A stretch of DNA of 62,584 nt, filler included, from Sphacelaria rigidula (Eukaryota), in assembly GCA_964200075.2 (NCBI GenBank). It is 10 parts of 10 records of this genome, joined end to end, with 100 filler letters (N's around TTAATTAATTAA, not from the genome) between each part and the next. Parts side by side here need not be neighbours in the genome. Positions count along the whole stretch, not along the records: positions 18,808 to 24,976 come from CAXNAA020021781.1; positions 25,077 to 31,244 come from CAXNAA020021782.1; positions 31,345 to 37,512 come from CAXNAA020021783.1; 7 more parts are not named here. One strand, 5' to 3'. Shown piece by piece: positions 22,426 through 36,100 of this stretch (positions are counted from its first letter, which is position 1; each line of letters begins with the position of its first letter). The notes under the pieces are model-generated. The model was not told the origin of the DNA and ran no database searches. It saw only the letters and a program-made list of their open reading frames with translations. The position numbers and the translations under genes are program-made.

Positions 22426-24783
22426 CCATCACAACACCTCGATCTCTCGAACCCGTTGTCACAGAGTGGAGCATACCACCAATATACCCATAACCCAAAC
22501 AGCCTGCAGAAGAAGGCAAGAAACAAACATCTACACGAACAGTAAGAAACGTCAATTTGGGGTTGAGGCTCAAAGTCTTATTTCGGGGGCAAACACCAGC
22601 ATAATAAGTTGTGTTTCTTCTTACATTGAGTTTCCTTATATTTCTGGCCGACCGGATGCTGTTGATTTATTTTAACTGTCGTTTTCTTATATCCTCGATG
22701 TGCTGCATCCGCCACCTCCTCACTGCGCGCAAATTACAAATCACTGTACTGTAGGTGGAATGTTTTGTGTTTGGTTGTAGAGGTCATGCTCTACAATCGA
22801 AATAGCCGGTATCGGTTTTTATGCTACCGTGTTATGCCGCTAAACGGGGGATTATGATCGCACAGCCCTGATCATGCTGGCATTATGCTCGTATGCTAGT
22901 TCAGGCAAAAAAGACTAATTATACTAGAAATTATGCCGGCACTAAGGACTCAGGCCTAGCGGTCGCACAAAGCACAGTCCCAACCGGCATCAATCGCGCC
23001 GCATGAAACAGCCGTGAATCGAGAACGTATGCCGCTCCCACAAAAAGAACAGTTAAGCAGGGGGGGGCGGGGGGTGTAGATATAGAGGGTACGTTTCTTA
23101 GTTGTGGGAAGGGGCTCCCCAGTCACCTAGTTTCTTATTTCTGATGCCTATTCTAGGCATGTATCCGCTCTGTTTCTTATTTTCATGTTTCATATCTTGT
23201 CGCCCAGTTTGAGGTATGATTCTTAATCTATTTTTCTTATTTTCCGTTCAAGGCCCAGCCTAATTTTCTCGACTAAAGTTTTCTTCATTGCGGGCAGCAA
23301 CTGTAGTAGTCGAGCCCGTCTCAGCACACCGTCGCGTTTTCCGGTGGCCGCAACATCTTTGTGGCCAAACACGCATTTTTGTCCAAGGACGGTGAGAAAC
23401 GGTGGAATCTAAAGATAAACTGTCATCCTTATCTGTACTTGGCCGTCTGTGGACAAAAAATTTCGTTTAGTCAAAAACTGCGGCCGCGGCAAAATGAAGA
23501 TATGTCGTCCACCTCCCTCGACGAACAGAGCAAGTCATATCGATGTGTCAAACTCTGTCTGGCCCCTTCCTACAACGTCAAACGACGGGAAAGGACCAAG
23601 AACGCAGTTTTACAGGACTTTTTTTGTGTTTTCCACAAGGAGCGGCCTTCTTCTCATCTGCCCTGTCACGGCGCACACCCCCGCAATCATAGCGACTTAA
23701 CGTTAAAGGAGGGGTCGTTATCCACCGGCAGACCCAAGACAAATGTCAGATTCTCTACTGCAGAGGCAACCCCGTCTGAGCGACGGGCCGTCGCTCTCGG
23801 AAACGCGATCACCCCGCGCGGCGATATGGCCGTACATGGTAATCTAACAATATCTATTCGTGTGCAACTCGCTGTTGCCGCAATCACGCGCATGCGACGG
23901 CGGGACAGCGTCCTCGTGTCGTTGAAGAGCACTCGACAACATGTTGCCGACTCTGCTGCTCGCGGGAGACCATGTTGCACAAAACGTTTGCACGTAATAC
24001 ATGCAGTGCGGAATAAGGGCCAGTGTCTTCACTACAGCACGGGCCGTGCAACAGGTTGTGGCGTACGGTTTGCGTCGCCATGTGGTCGGTCACATGAGTA
24101 CTACCGCACATGCTATGAGGAGGTGGTTTCGGCTACCAAAATGTATCCAGGAACACTTCACTACAGACAGTCTGTACTGTACTGTACTCACTTCAGTATA
24201 CGCAATAATCACGGAGCAGTCGTGCAGCACAGGAGGGAGACATGTCGACTACGGGCCGTTTTCACCGCCCAGTAATTACTCACGGGGAAATCAGTACCGT
24301 ATTGGGCGTATATGACTATAGCATGGCGTCACACGCCATGATATTAGGCAGTGCGCCGCACCGCAGCGAACACGCTGCCCCCTGTATATGCGCCTGCTCC
24401 TTGCCACCCGACGGCTTACGCTACACCAGACCGTATATACCGTCCAGGGGCGGACCACTGGCGATCGAATCACGGAGTCGTCGTGCTCGTGTTTGCACAC
24501 TTCCATGTCGGACAACAAATGCTTCCCATCTACGCAGCGACATACCTGCTTGCTCACCCCGTCGAGACATGCTTCTGAGCTGCTCTGTGCCGCCAGTTAT
24601 CCGTACTGATGTGAAGACCTCTCCTTCATGGACGTCTGCGCTTCTTTGGGTCACGATGTTTTGAAATCTTGGACCATGACTGTCTACAAGTATTGCCGTA
24701 GATGATAAATTTAAGTTCTGGACATTGCCTCCATAATATTGAAAAGAAATAACACTGACATTTAGAGTTGAACCCTGAAACTT

Positions 24784-24976
24784 GGTATGGACAATGCACA
24801 GAGCATAATAAAAAATCGGGAAGAAGCACATGAAGGTTCTTGTTTTTTCCTCGTGAGTTAAGGGCAATAATCAGTTTTCAGGTTTCAGCAAAACGCCCTT
24901 ACCTCACGAAGAAAAAACAAGAACCTTCATGTGCTTCTTCCCGATTTTTTATTATGCTCCATGCATTATCCATACC
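24784..24976. mobile_element. Foldback element truncated by contig end
   Basis: 24784-24857 is the near-exact reverse complement of 24903-24976 around a 45-bp spacer. Confidence 0.8.
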
Positions 24977-25076
24977 NNNNNNNNNNNNNNNNNNNNNNNN
25001 NNNNNNNNNNNNNNNNNNNNTTAATTAATTAANNNNNNNNNNNNNNNNNNNNNNNNNNNNNNNNNNNNNNNNNNNN

Positions 25077-26459
25077 AGCGAGTTTGTGGAGCCTCATCAT
25101 CCGACGGAATCCACAAAACATCACTACTACCAACATGCACGCGAAATAAACCATCGTCAGCCAAAGTAGCTTGACCGAAAGTCATAGGAAAATAATAAAC
25201 ACCGTCGCCGACTGTTTTGCGCTGCGCGGTACGAATGGCATCTAACGAGGGCAGTGAATCATCGGCATCACACGGGCTGCACACGGCAACAGAACGAATA
25301 GACACGGTAGGAACCTTCACCATGCGAGACAATTGATCTCCCCAAAAAATGCGCTCTCCAGGAGTGTGTTCACTGATATACATCGTTGTTGGGCTCCCAA
25401 CAACTCCCGCATGTCTTATTGGCTTGGCATCACCCCCGGAGACTGTTCCACTTGCGTGCTCACCGCCTGATAGTCGCTGACCAAACGGAATGTGTCCCTC
25501 TTCGGTACCGCCATCGCCGGACTCGCCCACACAGCCTGAATATTCCTCACCAACAAACCGAATGCCACCAAAACTGCGATGCATGAAGCAAGCCACACGG
25601 TCTTCACCGGATCGCAGCGGCGAGGCTTGGCCTTTACAGCCTCCTTCATTGGCTCCACGCGCGCTGGCGGATCACCACGCAGCGCACGACGAAATGTATC
25701 TACGCGACGAGCCGAAGTATCGCGCAGACAATGTGCGCCATCGGCGCTCCGGCCCTTCTGCTCGGCCTGCCAAACACTATCCTCAAGCGCACGTTCTCGT
25801 GCACCTCTCTCCTCTGCTAGGTCCATGAACATATCCGGCCCCCGATCGACCAAGCGCTCCACCGCTCCATCAGCAGGAGCATCCTCCTCATTGGCGCTCT
25901 GGAATGACCGTATGGATACGATCACACGCCTTGCAGCAAGGTAACTGGGGTTTTCCACGCCGGTTTGCGCCGGCACAGCACGCAGACGTAAGTTCTCCAA
26001 CGCCAGCGGATATAGATCAATCCCGAGCTCCTTCATTGTCGCCACCCCAAATAGAACGACGTTGTCCCTGCCGGGCATGACAGCGAACGTAATGGGCTGC
26101 AACTGTACAGCCCCCCACGGTGCACGCACGCTAACAGGAGTTGGCACCGTTTTATGTGTACCCATCACGGGAGCACCCGTGGCGGTCTGCGCCATTTGCG
26201 GTCCGTTTTCGAACAGAATCTGAAGCTGAGCGCCGCCAAACTGCAAAGATATCTGTTCTAGCAACCCCACACCGATCGACGTGAGCGCGGACCCAGAATC
26301 CAGAATAACGCGGGCCATGAGCGAACCTACAGAACCAGGCAAGGATAAATCTGCGCGTAAGCATCCATCCTTGCGATCGACAGGTACCATGCCTGCCGAA
26401 GAACCCTGTTTTGTCCCAAGAGTAACCTGACGCCAGGGCTGCCCTCCAGCACTTGGCAT
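25077..26459 (-). pseudogene. pol: Gypsy pol pseudogene (aspartic protease, RT N-terminus, RNase H C-terminus)
   Basis: LDSG at 26292-26303; RT motifs at ~25420-25560; stop at 25416; RT core absent. Confidence 0.85.
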
Positions 26460-26465
26460 CGATAG

Positions 26466-27648
26466 CTACGAATCCTCGGTCCAACCAGACCAAGTCGCCG
26501 AATATGCAGACGGTGCTGTCACAGCCGTCGCAGCAGTAGGGAATGCACCAGACACGGATCCTGCCTGGCCGAGAGGTTGCGCGCTATTCGCTCCAGCACT
26601 CCCCACCGAAGTATTTGCATTTTCCACGTACACTGTCCGCCCCGCTACGGACGAACCATAAGATCCAGAGTCACCACCCGGTGACTTATTGGAAGAAACA
26701 GCAGCGGAGGAACCGCCATCCGCCGCCGATTGTTTACTACCGCGGCCGCCGCGCCCGCGTCCCTGGTTGGCACGGCCCCGTCCACCGTGACGACCGCCCC
26801 GAGATCCTGATAAATCTCGTGCATTTCCCTGTGCCGCGCCTTGAGCGCGAGGCTTGGGGCAGTCCTTGATCATATGTCCGGTGTCGCCGCAGTTTTAGCA
26901 CGCGCGAGTGGACAACTCTCGCGAAGACGGCTGCTGTTTCTATTGCTGTTGGTGTTTGCGGCGCATACCACCTGCAACTGTTGCAGAGTCGCGCCGGCCA
27001 TGTGCTTCAATGAACTTCCACTGGTCGGCCGCCTCAAATATGTTTTTGAACACCACCGTCGGCTTTTTTTCCAGCCGTCAACATACGTTGGTACACTTCT
27101 AACATACGCCTTGAATTCCGGGGGCGAAGTCTCGTTCACCGAAGCTATGGAAACCGACTCGACCGGGCCTGGCAACCAACTCCTGTCCTCCGTACGGTAC
27201 ATGGCTTGCACCATCAGGTTCTCTTCAAACAAACGTTCCATATCTGAAGTGACCATCATAGCACGATCCCTGAAAGTTTCCCCCGCGTTTTCCTTCATCG
27301 TAAGTACCCTACGCAGGTCTGCTGCAGCCCGCGCAGCGTCATGCTTTCCACCGGTTGTAGTATACCCGGCATGCTGCTTCACAGCATCAAGCAATTCATC
27401 GGGGGTCATAGCCCGACCGTCCTTGTACATGTCTTCGAAGCAGCGGTGGATGTAGACGGGAATGAGTTTCCTTATGCTCACTTTTTCATGCCGTATAGTT
27501 CCTTGTGACTTCGCGAGAGTCCACCGCCGTATGTATTCAAGATAACTTGAGAAAAAAAGCGCGATCCCTCTTCTGTCCATACTTCTCCATACTTTGGCGT
27601 CTGTAGTGGCTCACCTAACACCAGCGGCGCTACCGCCTCTTGAGCCAT
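26466..27648 (-). pseudogene. gag: Gypsy gag pseudogene with CX2CX4HX4C zinc knuckle
   Basis: C*NCGDTGHMIKDC at 26859-26900 (TAA at 26895-26897) followed by an RGG-rich tail; frameshifts upstream. Confidence 0.8.
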
Positions 27649-30600
27649 GTCGTCTATGGCTCCAACACTTCACGGAGAGACTCTTGCCTGACTTGTGCTG
27701 TGCGCTTCAAGTTGTTCTCCTCCTGTATCCGAGCTAAAGTGGCTCTAAGCTGCTGCCCACTTCTTATCAGCCAAACTCCTCTAACAGAGTGCCGGAAGAA
27801 TAATTTCTAGATATTATAGCCTCTACTAGACGATCTGAACAAGAGAACTATCCACGAGGGACTGCTCCAGTAGCACTGGCCTCGTGCTCGACAAGTCCTT
27901 TCTTCTCACTTATCATTATCACGAGGTGGTCCTCAACAAACCACATCAAGAGCCAGACAGCAAGGGGCCACACATATGAGGATCATCAATCCAGGATTCC
28001 CTGTCCCCTGCGACTGCTCCAATCATGCATGCGATTATACTGAAACCTACGGCTTGGTATCATTTGGCTACAGACTCATATATATAAGTCATCTCTTTGC
28101 GCGCCAGGTGCCATAAATTAACCCTCCATCGACCGCTGGACATAAAAGTTAATATACATTGCTATATGGTTGAAGAATATACACAACTTAATGCTTGGAG
28201 TGCACGAAGCACATTGTTGTATGTGTCGTTATTCGGCGTAATTCTTGCGAACGGAGAGCAGTAAGTCATCAGCTACAGCTTCGTGGTCACAGACGGTAAA
28301 GGATAGCTATTAGTGGTGTCGTTTCGAAATAGGTTTGGCGCCCAAACAGAGGCTTAACAACGCTCCACAATTGTACATATCCCCACCTAGCGCTTCCTTT
28401 TCCGAATTTCCGCACGTGCTGCTGCTACCTTTCCCTAAAGTGCTCGCTTCGTGTCGCTCCCATCCCTTGCTTGTGCCACTGCGTCTGCCGCCAACCCTTA
28501 TGAAGCCGCACCCAACTCTTGAACAATGTTCGGCAAATATAATAACGCATCCAAGCGCTGCTTCGCCATTCGCGTTCCCGCCAAATCAACGTCGCTTGAA
28601 TCGGCCCCCGCCAGCCGAGTTGCGACTCTCATACGTCTATAACACAGCGCATACTCACTCAGGAGCGAAAAACTTGGTACCATAAAGATGCGAAAGGCTG
28701 CAGTTTCCTGCCTGATCACGTGTCCATGAATCATACGCAGCCGAGGGGGCATGTACGAACTTAAACGGTGGCAGCCTAGGACGGTGGGGAGACTTGCAAT
28801 TTTTGCGATATTGTGCCGGCGTTGCTGTCAGAGCTGACTGCGGTTCGATGCGATACGTATGGCCAGCAAACTGCATACGCCCTCGTCAAGCCCCGGGTCA
28901 TACTGTCGCCAGCCAGTCTCCGCGCATCCTCGCTCGCGAGAGAAACCTATCCCCAATGATTTCTGGTCCCTAATGCCGACGAAAGCGCATCTCGATTCGG
29001 CCGATGGTGGGTCGCTCCGCCCTCCTCGTCTTCCATCGGCTCACCCACTGATGCTGATCCCGCCATTGCACACCATTTCCGTTCGTCGACGAACAGTTGC
29101 CGTCAAGTGCTCGTCTCGCTCAACCCCGATATCCTGCAAACGGGTTTGCCCGGGCTAAACACCAACAACGTAATTATGACACGGGATAATCCTCGACCCC
29201 GGTGGAAGTCGACTTCCGAAACGGAGGGGGTGGCTTCAACACCTCTCGGTCGCAGTATGTCCGCCCTTCTTTCAGTTTTATATGTTTTCGTCATATTTAT
29301 CACCCCTCCCTTCTCCGGCCGAGCCCGCAGTCCATCGACCTTCGTGGATCTTTTTGTTGTACTCCATACGTTTTTTATGACGATTAAACGACAGAAGCAA
29401 TAATGGGGACGAACCCACTGTGATTATATCTGTCGCGATTCGAACCCACGAAGTCCGCCCAAACTGGCCGTTGGCGTACCGTAAGTTTGACCAGTGCGGC
29501 GTGTCTTGCACATGGGAAGTTGGATACGGAAGAGCTTATGCTAGCACCCTTTGGATTGATGTGCATTGCCGTAAATTTGCGAAACACGCAAAAACTACAA
29601 GTCCACCCCACCTGCGAAGGAGAATGGCTTCGTCGAAGGACAAGAGACTCCTGTGTCCCACCCCTTTCCCTCCCACCCACCCAGCTACTCTCGTCCCTCG
29701 TCACGACCGTAAGCACTTGCACACAATTCACTCATACCTCGAGGTATCACCTACACACACACCACATAACGTGCACGGTAGAACTCACGAAGAAGGGGTG
29801 ATGCCGAGAAGAATCGACTCAGGAGCCTGCGAGAAATCTTCCAGCACTTACGCACCACGCCTATACCGGCTGTAGGTACAGCATGCGGTAGTCTACACGC
29901 GCTTATACGTGAGCTCGATCTGTGACGCCCTCCGCGGTGCGATGAAACAAGGGTCGTGCCAACGGCGATGTATCCTCAAGGGAGATGACGTCGTTCACAT
30001 CACAGGAAAACAGCTCAATACAAAACGCATGATACAGCACTAGGCGAAGGGGGCGGGGCAGGGGGCGGGCGAGGGGGGGGCAACGTGACACAGCAGTGCA
30101 GCACGAACCGCGAGAAGCCAAAACTTCGACGCGCAAGAAATCACAAGTGCCACGTGGGTAACATAGAGAGAGAGAGAGATGCAAGTGGGACTGTACAGTA
30201 GTCGTACATGTATACGCCCCGATTTCGTCACTATGTTGAACAGAGGAATTGTAATTTTGCCGTCGTTCGGCCATTCGCCTCTCAGTGCACCCCTATTGTC
30301 AAAGTATGTGAGCCTGGACGGAAAGTCTACTTAGCCCCACTTCGTGCGGCTGAATGATCAGCATCAGCGCCTTTTACCACAAAGGCCGTGACGAGGTCAG
30401 CCTGGCGCAGGCAGGGTCGACGGCTCGTTTCAACCCGTCGGCAATACCGTAAGGCCATTCTCTTCAGGTTCGGTTGTGGTATTTTTCTACTTACCCTGTC
30501 AAGAAAGGGAAGGGACTCGGCTTTTGTGAGACAGTGTAAGTCATCTCGACATGTGTTGTGACTGCATGTTTGGAAGTAATCCTTCATGTTTTTCGAAATG

Positions 30601-31774
30601 GTCCAAGGGTCTGTCAAAAATATATTTCGGGACACGTAGGCCCCAAGATCGAAAATTCGAGTTTCTGAGGGGGGGGGCAAGGGGGGGACCCAGCCTGCTG
30701 TTCCCTAGTTTATTGCGGAGGCGTTGGCGGATGCGGTTAGCTGGCATGTACAGAGTACAGAGATCCTTGGCATGGAGACCGCTGAGATGACGGATACACC
30801 GCCCCTCCAAGCTCATAACCTACCGTGATTACATTTAAATTTTATGGGATCATGTTCCGTGTCGTGTGCCTCGACTACCTATCACTAGTCCGGGAAAAAT
30901 TGGCGAGGCGTCAGATAATCTTGCTACTTTGGCTACAGGCTGTCGCTACCGTACGCTCGTGTATTGTACATACTGTACTGTAGATGCGTGTGAGCGTTGC
31001 CGGCATCCGAGGACATCGGGACAGGGCGGGCAAGGAGCAGAAGCAAATATACGAACCTCGCAAAACCCGCTAGACTTTTCTGTTTTGTCAGTCAGTGTTC
31101 GTTGATCAATGTCTTTCAACAACATGAACAAAATAGTAAAATAAAAATCGCGACAATTTTCGAAAAAATTCCATCCGGGGGGCGGGGGGGGGGGGGGGGG
31201 GGGGCTGCACCAGTTCGAGAAATGGAAATATTACAGGCAGGACGNNNNNNNNNNNNNNNNNNNNNNNNNNNNNNNNNNNNNNNNNNNNTTAATTAATTAA
31301 NNNNNNNNNNNNNNNNNNNNNNNNNNNNNNNNNNNNNNNNNNNNCTCCGGGTTCTCATCCTCAATCAAAAGCACCATCCTCAACATAGATGATTGGCTGT
31401 TTAATACTCTACTCGACCTACCCTTGTACTGTTCTATATAGTTTACATGTACAGGTTATTAAAATGTTTCAAAAAGAGTTTGACCGTCGTGCAGAATTAT
31501 CCTTTCAAGCCCCGCCGCGCACCGAATGCTTACTGTTGTTGTGTGAACACCTATTTGCGATCTCAACGAACGCAAACGTGAAGTTTTGGCATCATCAGAC
31601 GTCATGTGCGCGATGTGTGGACGTCTGAATTACAAAAGAATGAGGAATAATCACTGGTGGACAAAGAGCAATCTGCAACAACAGTCATGAAACCTGACTG
31701 AGGGGTGGTGAAGCGGTGTGTGCGCGAGACAAGACAGAAAAGCTGATACTAGCTGAGCCAGGGGGCGACCGCTC

Positions 31775-32005
31775 GCTGTGTGTGTGTTTTGTTGTGTGTT
31801 GTCTCCCCATCTATTCTGGACGCCGGTCTATTCCCTTTGGTATATGTGGGCGCACAAGCCGGGGTCACACAGGAGGAAGGTCATCACTGGTGTTTTTTTT
31901 TTTTTTCGTTTTTAGTAGCCCACCTTCCTTCTGCGATGCTTGCCTTTATTTTTTATCGCGAGAGGGGTTCAGGAGTCCCTTTCCCTCGTCGACCATAATA
32001 TTGTG
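31775..32005 (+). repeat. Short interspersed repeat (SINE-like); homolog at ~53660-53850
   Basis: gacgcc.gtcta..ccctt.ggt..atgtgg.cgca..agccgg.gtca..ggaggaag..ccaccttcc.tctgcg.tgcttgcctt..gcgaga shared between two contigs. Confidence 0.8.
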
Positions 32006-32290
32006 TGATCAAGGTGACTGACTACCCGCATCGCGGAAAAGGGTAGGATCTGATTCTTTCATTCCAACGATACGTTCAATAACACCCCTTATCTCCGTAC
32101 ACCCCATCACGGCACTCTCGTTCCTGTCATTTTCCATTACTGATAAGAGAGACCGATCCCATGTGTCTCGATATATCGGATAGGGGGCCACCCTCAGCGC
32201 ACCCGCCCTGATGATCAGACTACCACACTCACCCCCAGTGCACAAGGTGGATCTCGAAGGAGCAGCAGCACACAATTAGGTCGTAGCTGC

Positions 32291-33190
32291 ATGATGGCGC
32301 CGAGAAATCCACCCCGCTCATACGGATCCGTCGAACACGACACCAAACACAGTAGACCCCCACCGTGCACGGACTCTGCTGCTGTTGGCAATAACGACAG
32401 CGGGAATCACTCCGCAACACCGCCACGGCCGCGGTACCGTATTGGCACGGAAACACAGCCCACACAAGGACCACCATCGACCGGCGGAACACCGACGAGA
32501 TTTCGACGATGGGCAGCGGTCGGAGTGTTGGTAAGCGGGCTTGCCCTGGTCGCCGTGACCGCCCTCGTGCGCGTAGGTGTCTCTGCGACAAACCAGCAGG
32601 CGGACATCTCAATCAGTGATGCCGTAGTGCCTGGTACTACGAGGGGAGCTGATGACAGCACAAAATTGGCAGAGATGCCTCTCGACGGGGGCAGTGCCTC
32701 AAGACCCGGAATGACAACCACCCTAGGTGGAGATAGGGCCATGCATGCACCAAACGCTGAGATATCACACAAGGGCAGGATCAGCGACAACAATGTCGAC
32801 GCCTTGAGTTTCACGGCTCTGAACTTTTATCATGTCCGCGATGGCAAACCGGGCACCGAGTACCCCTGGCTGAAGAACAAGAAGCTTATCGAACCCTTCC
32901 GAGAGACAACCCTCAAGGTCACGAGCCCCCGGGAGGGGTACACATACTATTGGTCTGTGCGCTCGGCAGAGGGCAACAAGGATGCGGGAGAGGTGGAGTT
33001 ATCTGGCTTGATGGGAGATGAGGTGGAGGTCAAGCTGACCAAGTTGGACGGGAATCTAATCACGTTGGAAGAGGTGGACACGGAATCGGGAGTAGTCATG
33101 CGCCGGCTGGACGAACACATTCTAGTGAAGTACGTCCGCAGAGAGATAAGGACGTTGACTGATGTCGAGCGAGAAGAGTTATTTGACGCG
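32291..33190 (+). CDS. First coding exon of a tyrosinase-like (type-3 copper) protein with an N-terminal membrane anchor
   Basis: 900-bp ORF with hydrophobic segment WAAVGVLVSGLALVAVTALV, ending in YVRREIRTLTDVEREELFDA (tyrosinase domain entry motif), then GTGAGT donor at 33191; Cu-binding exons not found in the contig. Confidence 0.75.
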
Positions 33191-33364
33191 GTGAGTACGA
33201 GTCTGAAGAGGTTTGCAAAGCGACCGAAGTGGTTACACGAGAGGCAGGGGGGGCGGACTAACAGTGACTGCTGCATCTCCTGCGTTTGACCCGCGATTTA
33301 CTGTGTGTTCTCGTGTATTATATGCAACAACAGTATATTGGCTAGCCCAAAATGGTGTAATTGT

Positions 33365-33620
33365 CCTGTACTGATTGTACTGTAACGCACTACCTGTACT
33401 GCCGCCTACACCGTTGTACTGAAATTGCTGCAACTTGACAAAAAGGTGATTCACCTACGGCACGGTACTGTCTGTACTGCTGCCTGCACCGTTTGGTTGT
33501 ACTGAAAATGCTGCAATTTGACGATCAGCTCTCTCACCCACCGCCCAGTACTGTCCGTACTGTCGCCTACACCGTTCAATCCTACTGAAGTTGCTGTAAT
33601 TTGATGATCAGCTCCGTCAC
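33365..33620. repeat. Degenerate tandem repeat, ~3 units of ~80 bp (intronic)
   Basis: gtactg..gcct.caccgtt..tactgaa..tgctg.aa.ttga repeated. Confidence 0.7.
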
Positions 33621-33742
33621 CCATGATACCCATTAATTGGTCAGACTGAGGGGCTGCAGCAGTACCACCTCAAAAGGGTAAGCTGATGAGGTTGTTGCAC
33701 CCGTGACTGTTGTTCCTCGCTTGGTGAGAACTTCGTTGTTAA

Positions 33743-33846
33743 CCCTTGGACCGCGAGCTTCAAGGGTAGTCCACCTGTATCACGGGCACTCTTTTGACGT
33801 GAAATTAGACCGATTCAACAGGTGACCCGCTCTCGCCGTCAAGGAG
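33743..33846. mobile_element. ~100-bp piggyBac-like mini element (degenerate)
   Basis: TTAA|CCCTTGGACCGCGAG ... CTCGCCGTCAAGGAG|TTCA; ends resemble 51973-52070. Confidence 0.55.
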
Positions 33847-35054
33847 TTCAATTGAGCACTGGGCTACCCATGTGATGTGCAGCAATGAATTGGACAGTGT
33901 GCCCTCGCCAAGTTGATGCTGTGGTGACATGTGATGTACCTTGGAGATAGCTTGGAATCTTTCTCGGGCTCTGATTGTCAGTGAAGTCATGAACTCTTGA
34001 ACCGATAACCAGACCGTGCATCCTTCACCCCGCACAACAGCCGAGAGTAAGCCCGATACGATTGGTTTCATTTCTGATTACTGCTGACAACGTAATTGGT
34101 GTCATGATTGTCGAACATGGGGTGATCAGCGGGGAAAACAGACACACGATTCGGAATATAGACGTACCCGAGGTCACTATACAGTACTGTGTTTCGAGAC
34201 TCAAGCGGAGGAGTCGGGAATGGAACGCAAAACGAAAATAAAAAAGATGAGCACGGCAACCCGAAACTTCAGGGAAGCAGGGAAAGTGAAGGACAACGAA
34301 GAAAACTATGGTTTGTCGCGGAACTCACCATCAACAGATGCGGGATGAAGGGCCTGATGTCGATCCGATCACGGAACTGACAGTGACCGTCTTGAACGGC
34401 ACTGCACTGCTCTGAAATTGTTGCGATTGTACTTCACGCACTGTCAGTTGTGCTGTTGTAGTCTTTCCACTCTTTTCAACTACTTGTATGTATGTGTAGT
34501 ACAATATTTACGCATGGATATACGGATATATCACAGTTCTCCTGGTAACCGCTACTTCCTTGACTGGTACCGTGTTTCATGGGGTACTTCTCCTGTTTGT
34601 TTTCGTCTCAAATGGTATATTTATTTCAGTGTACTGACGGGTGGAGCAAGGACCGCCTTTACGTCACCACTGTACTTTGAAGATACCAGACAAGAGATGA
34701 GTGAGGACTTTTTCATACATGATCCTGGTGGGATCATGTTCCGACCGTTGGACTGAAAACAGATGCCGTGTGAGACCATATTTGATGACAAGAATCTCGA
34801 TTTTTTCACCTCGATTTCCTCCTCATTTGTGCGACTTAAGTCGGCAAACTCAACATCGGGGGGGAGGGGCGTATTATTGGTATCACAGATTGGTGAAAAA
34901 TTGTGTACCCAGTCATTTTCTGGATGAGCATGGTATCGCTTACTCTTGCATGGAGCCGAAGTAGAGGCCGGTGGGGGAAAATCCTTCGAGTACGGTATCG
35001 TACCGTGGTACCCTAACGTGAAATACAGAGCAGGACACTCATTCATTTCACCAC

Positions 35055-36100
35055 GTGATGATGCCGTGTGGTAATATATTATGATGGCACAGTCGGTATT
35101 GCGAGAGGAGTTCAGCAGTGCAGTGCAAACATCACGTTGCAAATACAGCGACAACAGACTAGAATACTGTACTGTACTGTTGTAGTACATTCCCGTCCGT
35201 TATAGTGGTATGTATGGCAACGCAGTGCAGCATAAATATTACCATCGCCGGAGGGGGTACGGCGTCAACACATATCATCTGTTTGTCAAACCGGTGCGAA
35301 GCTGCTTCAGCAGCTGGTGTGGGCAGGTACGCCCTGTGTTATCACCAGACTGCCTTCTACTGCGGATGCAAAAATATCAAACGCCTCGTACCCTACCATT
35401 GTACGTCAATGCACTTACAGAACATCACCTCAAAATCGTGGGGAATCTCTCTGGGATAGTGACACCCCGGATTTGGTCCAAATCGAGATTGTTGACTGCC
35501 ATAAAAGATGGTCTGATGCGATGAAGAAAGACAAATTAAGACCAACTTCTAATGCAACGCATCTCGAGTTTTTTGAGACCCCGACTTGAAAAAAAATAGG
35601 GCACACTCGAATCCGCGAACTCAAAATCGGGGGGACTGTTTTATGGTACAGACAGACGGACCACAGTATCCCAGATGTGTGGAACAGTTCTTCACTCAAA
35701 TGGTCATCTTCTGCATTAGTATCGTACTGCATACTCGTTCTTGGAGCTGAAAAGCAGGCACGCGGTGACTCACCCTTCCAGTACAGTGTCATACCTTGGT
35801 GCCCCAGGGTAATATAAAGCAGTACACTTCATCAGTGTAGTACATGATGATGCCATGTGGTGATACACTATGGCACAGTCGGTATTGCGAGAACAAAAAA
35901 CAAACAGTACGCGAGAAGAGTTCAGTAGTGCAGTGCCGTACGTCACCTCTCAAGTACAACGACAACAGACTGGTGAAGTAACGTAGCGTTGGTTATTGCG
36001 ATACGTATGGCCATACGTATCCATAAAATGCGCTCCCCGATTTTTTTCTCCCGATGCTCGATACAATCGAGGTTGGTGACTGCCGTAAAAGATTGTCTCA
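35055..36100. repeat. Local diverged duplication (~35055-35160 vs ~35845-35970; ~35480-35516 vs ~36064-36100)
   Basis: Shared tgatgatgcc.tgtggt..atggcacagtcggtattgcgaga..gacaacagact and aatcgag.t..tgactgcc.taaaagat.gtct. Confidence 0.7.

Larger units (their letters stand above)
25077..27648 (-). mobile_element. Degenerate Ty3/Gypsy LTR retrotransposon internal region (gag-PR-RT'//'RH-INT linker), truncated by contig end
   Basis: Domain order gag, CCHC knuckle, protease VILDSGS, RT start WASPAMAVPK..FRLVSDY, RNase H end HTPGERIFWGDQLSR, pre-integrase VLWIP; multiple frameshifts and stops. Confidence 0.9.

Noticed and set aside
21788..22675. Long ORFs with poly-Ile/Asn/His/Tyr/Leu
   Set aside because: Translations of the (ATT)n microsatellite
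23361..24275. 304-aa ORF
   Set aside because: GTG start, no motif, composition typical of chance ORFs in GC-rich repeat DNA, no splice support
27649..28200. Possible 5' LTR and primer-binding site of the Gypsy element (TGTTAG at ~27786, TGGCACC at ~28114 on minus)
   Set aside because: No second LTR in the contig to confirm boundaries, and tRNA complementarity could not be verified
30495..30562. Possible small minus-strand exon (HNTCRDDLHCLTKAESLPFLDR) with a GTAAGT donor
   Set aside because: Isolated, no recognisable domain or partner exon
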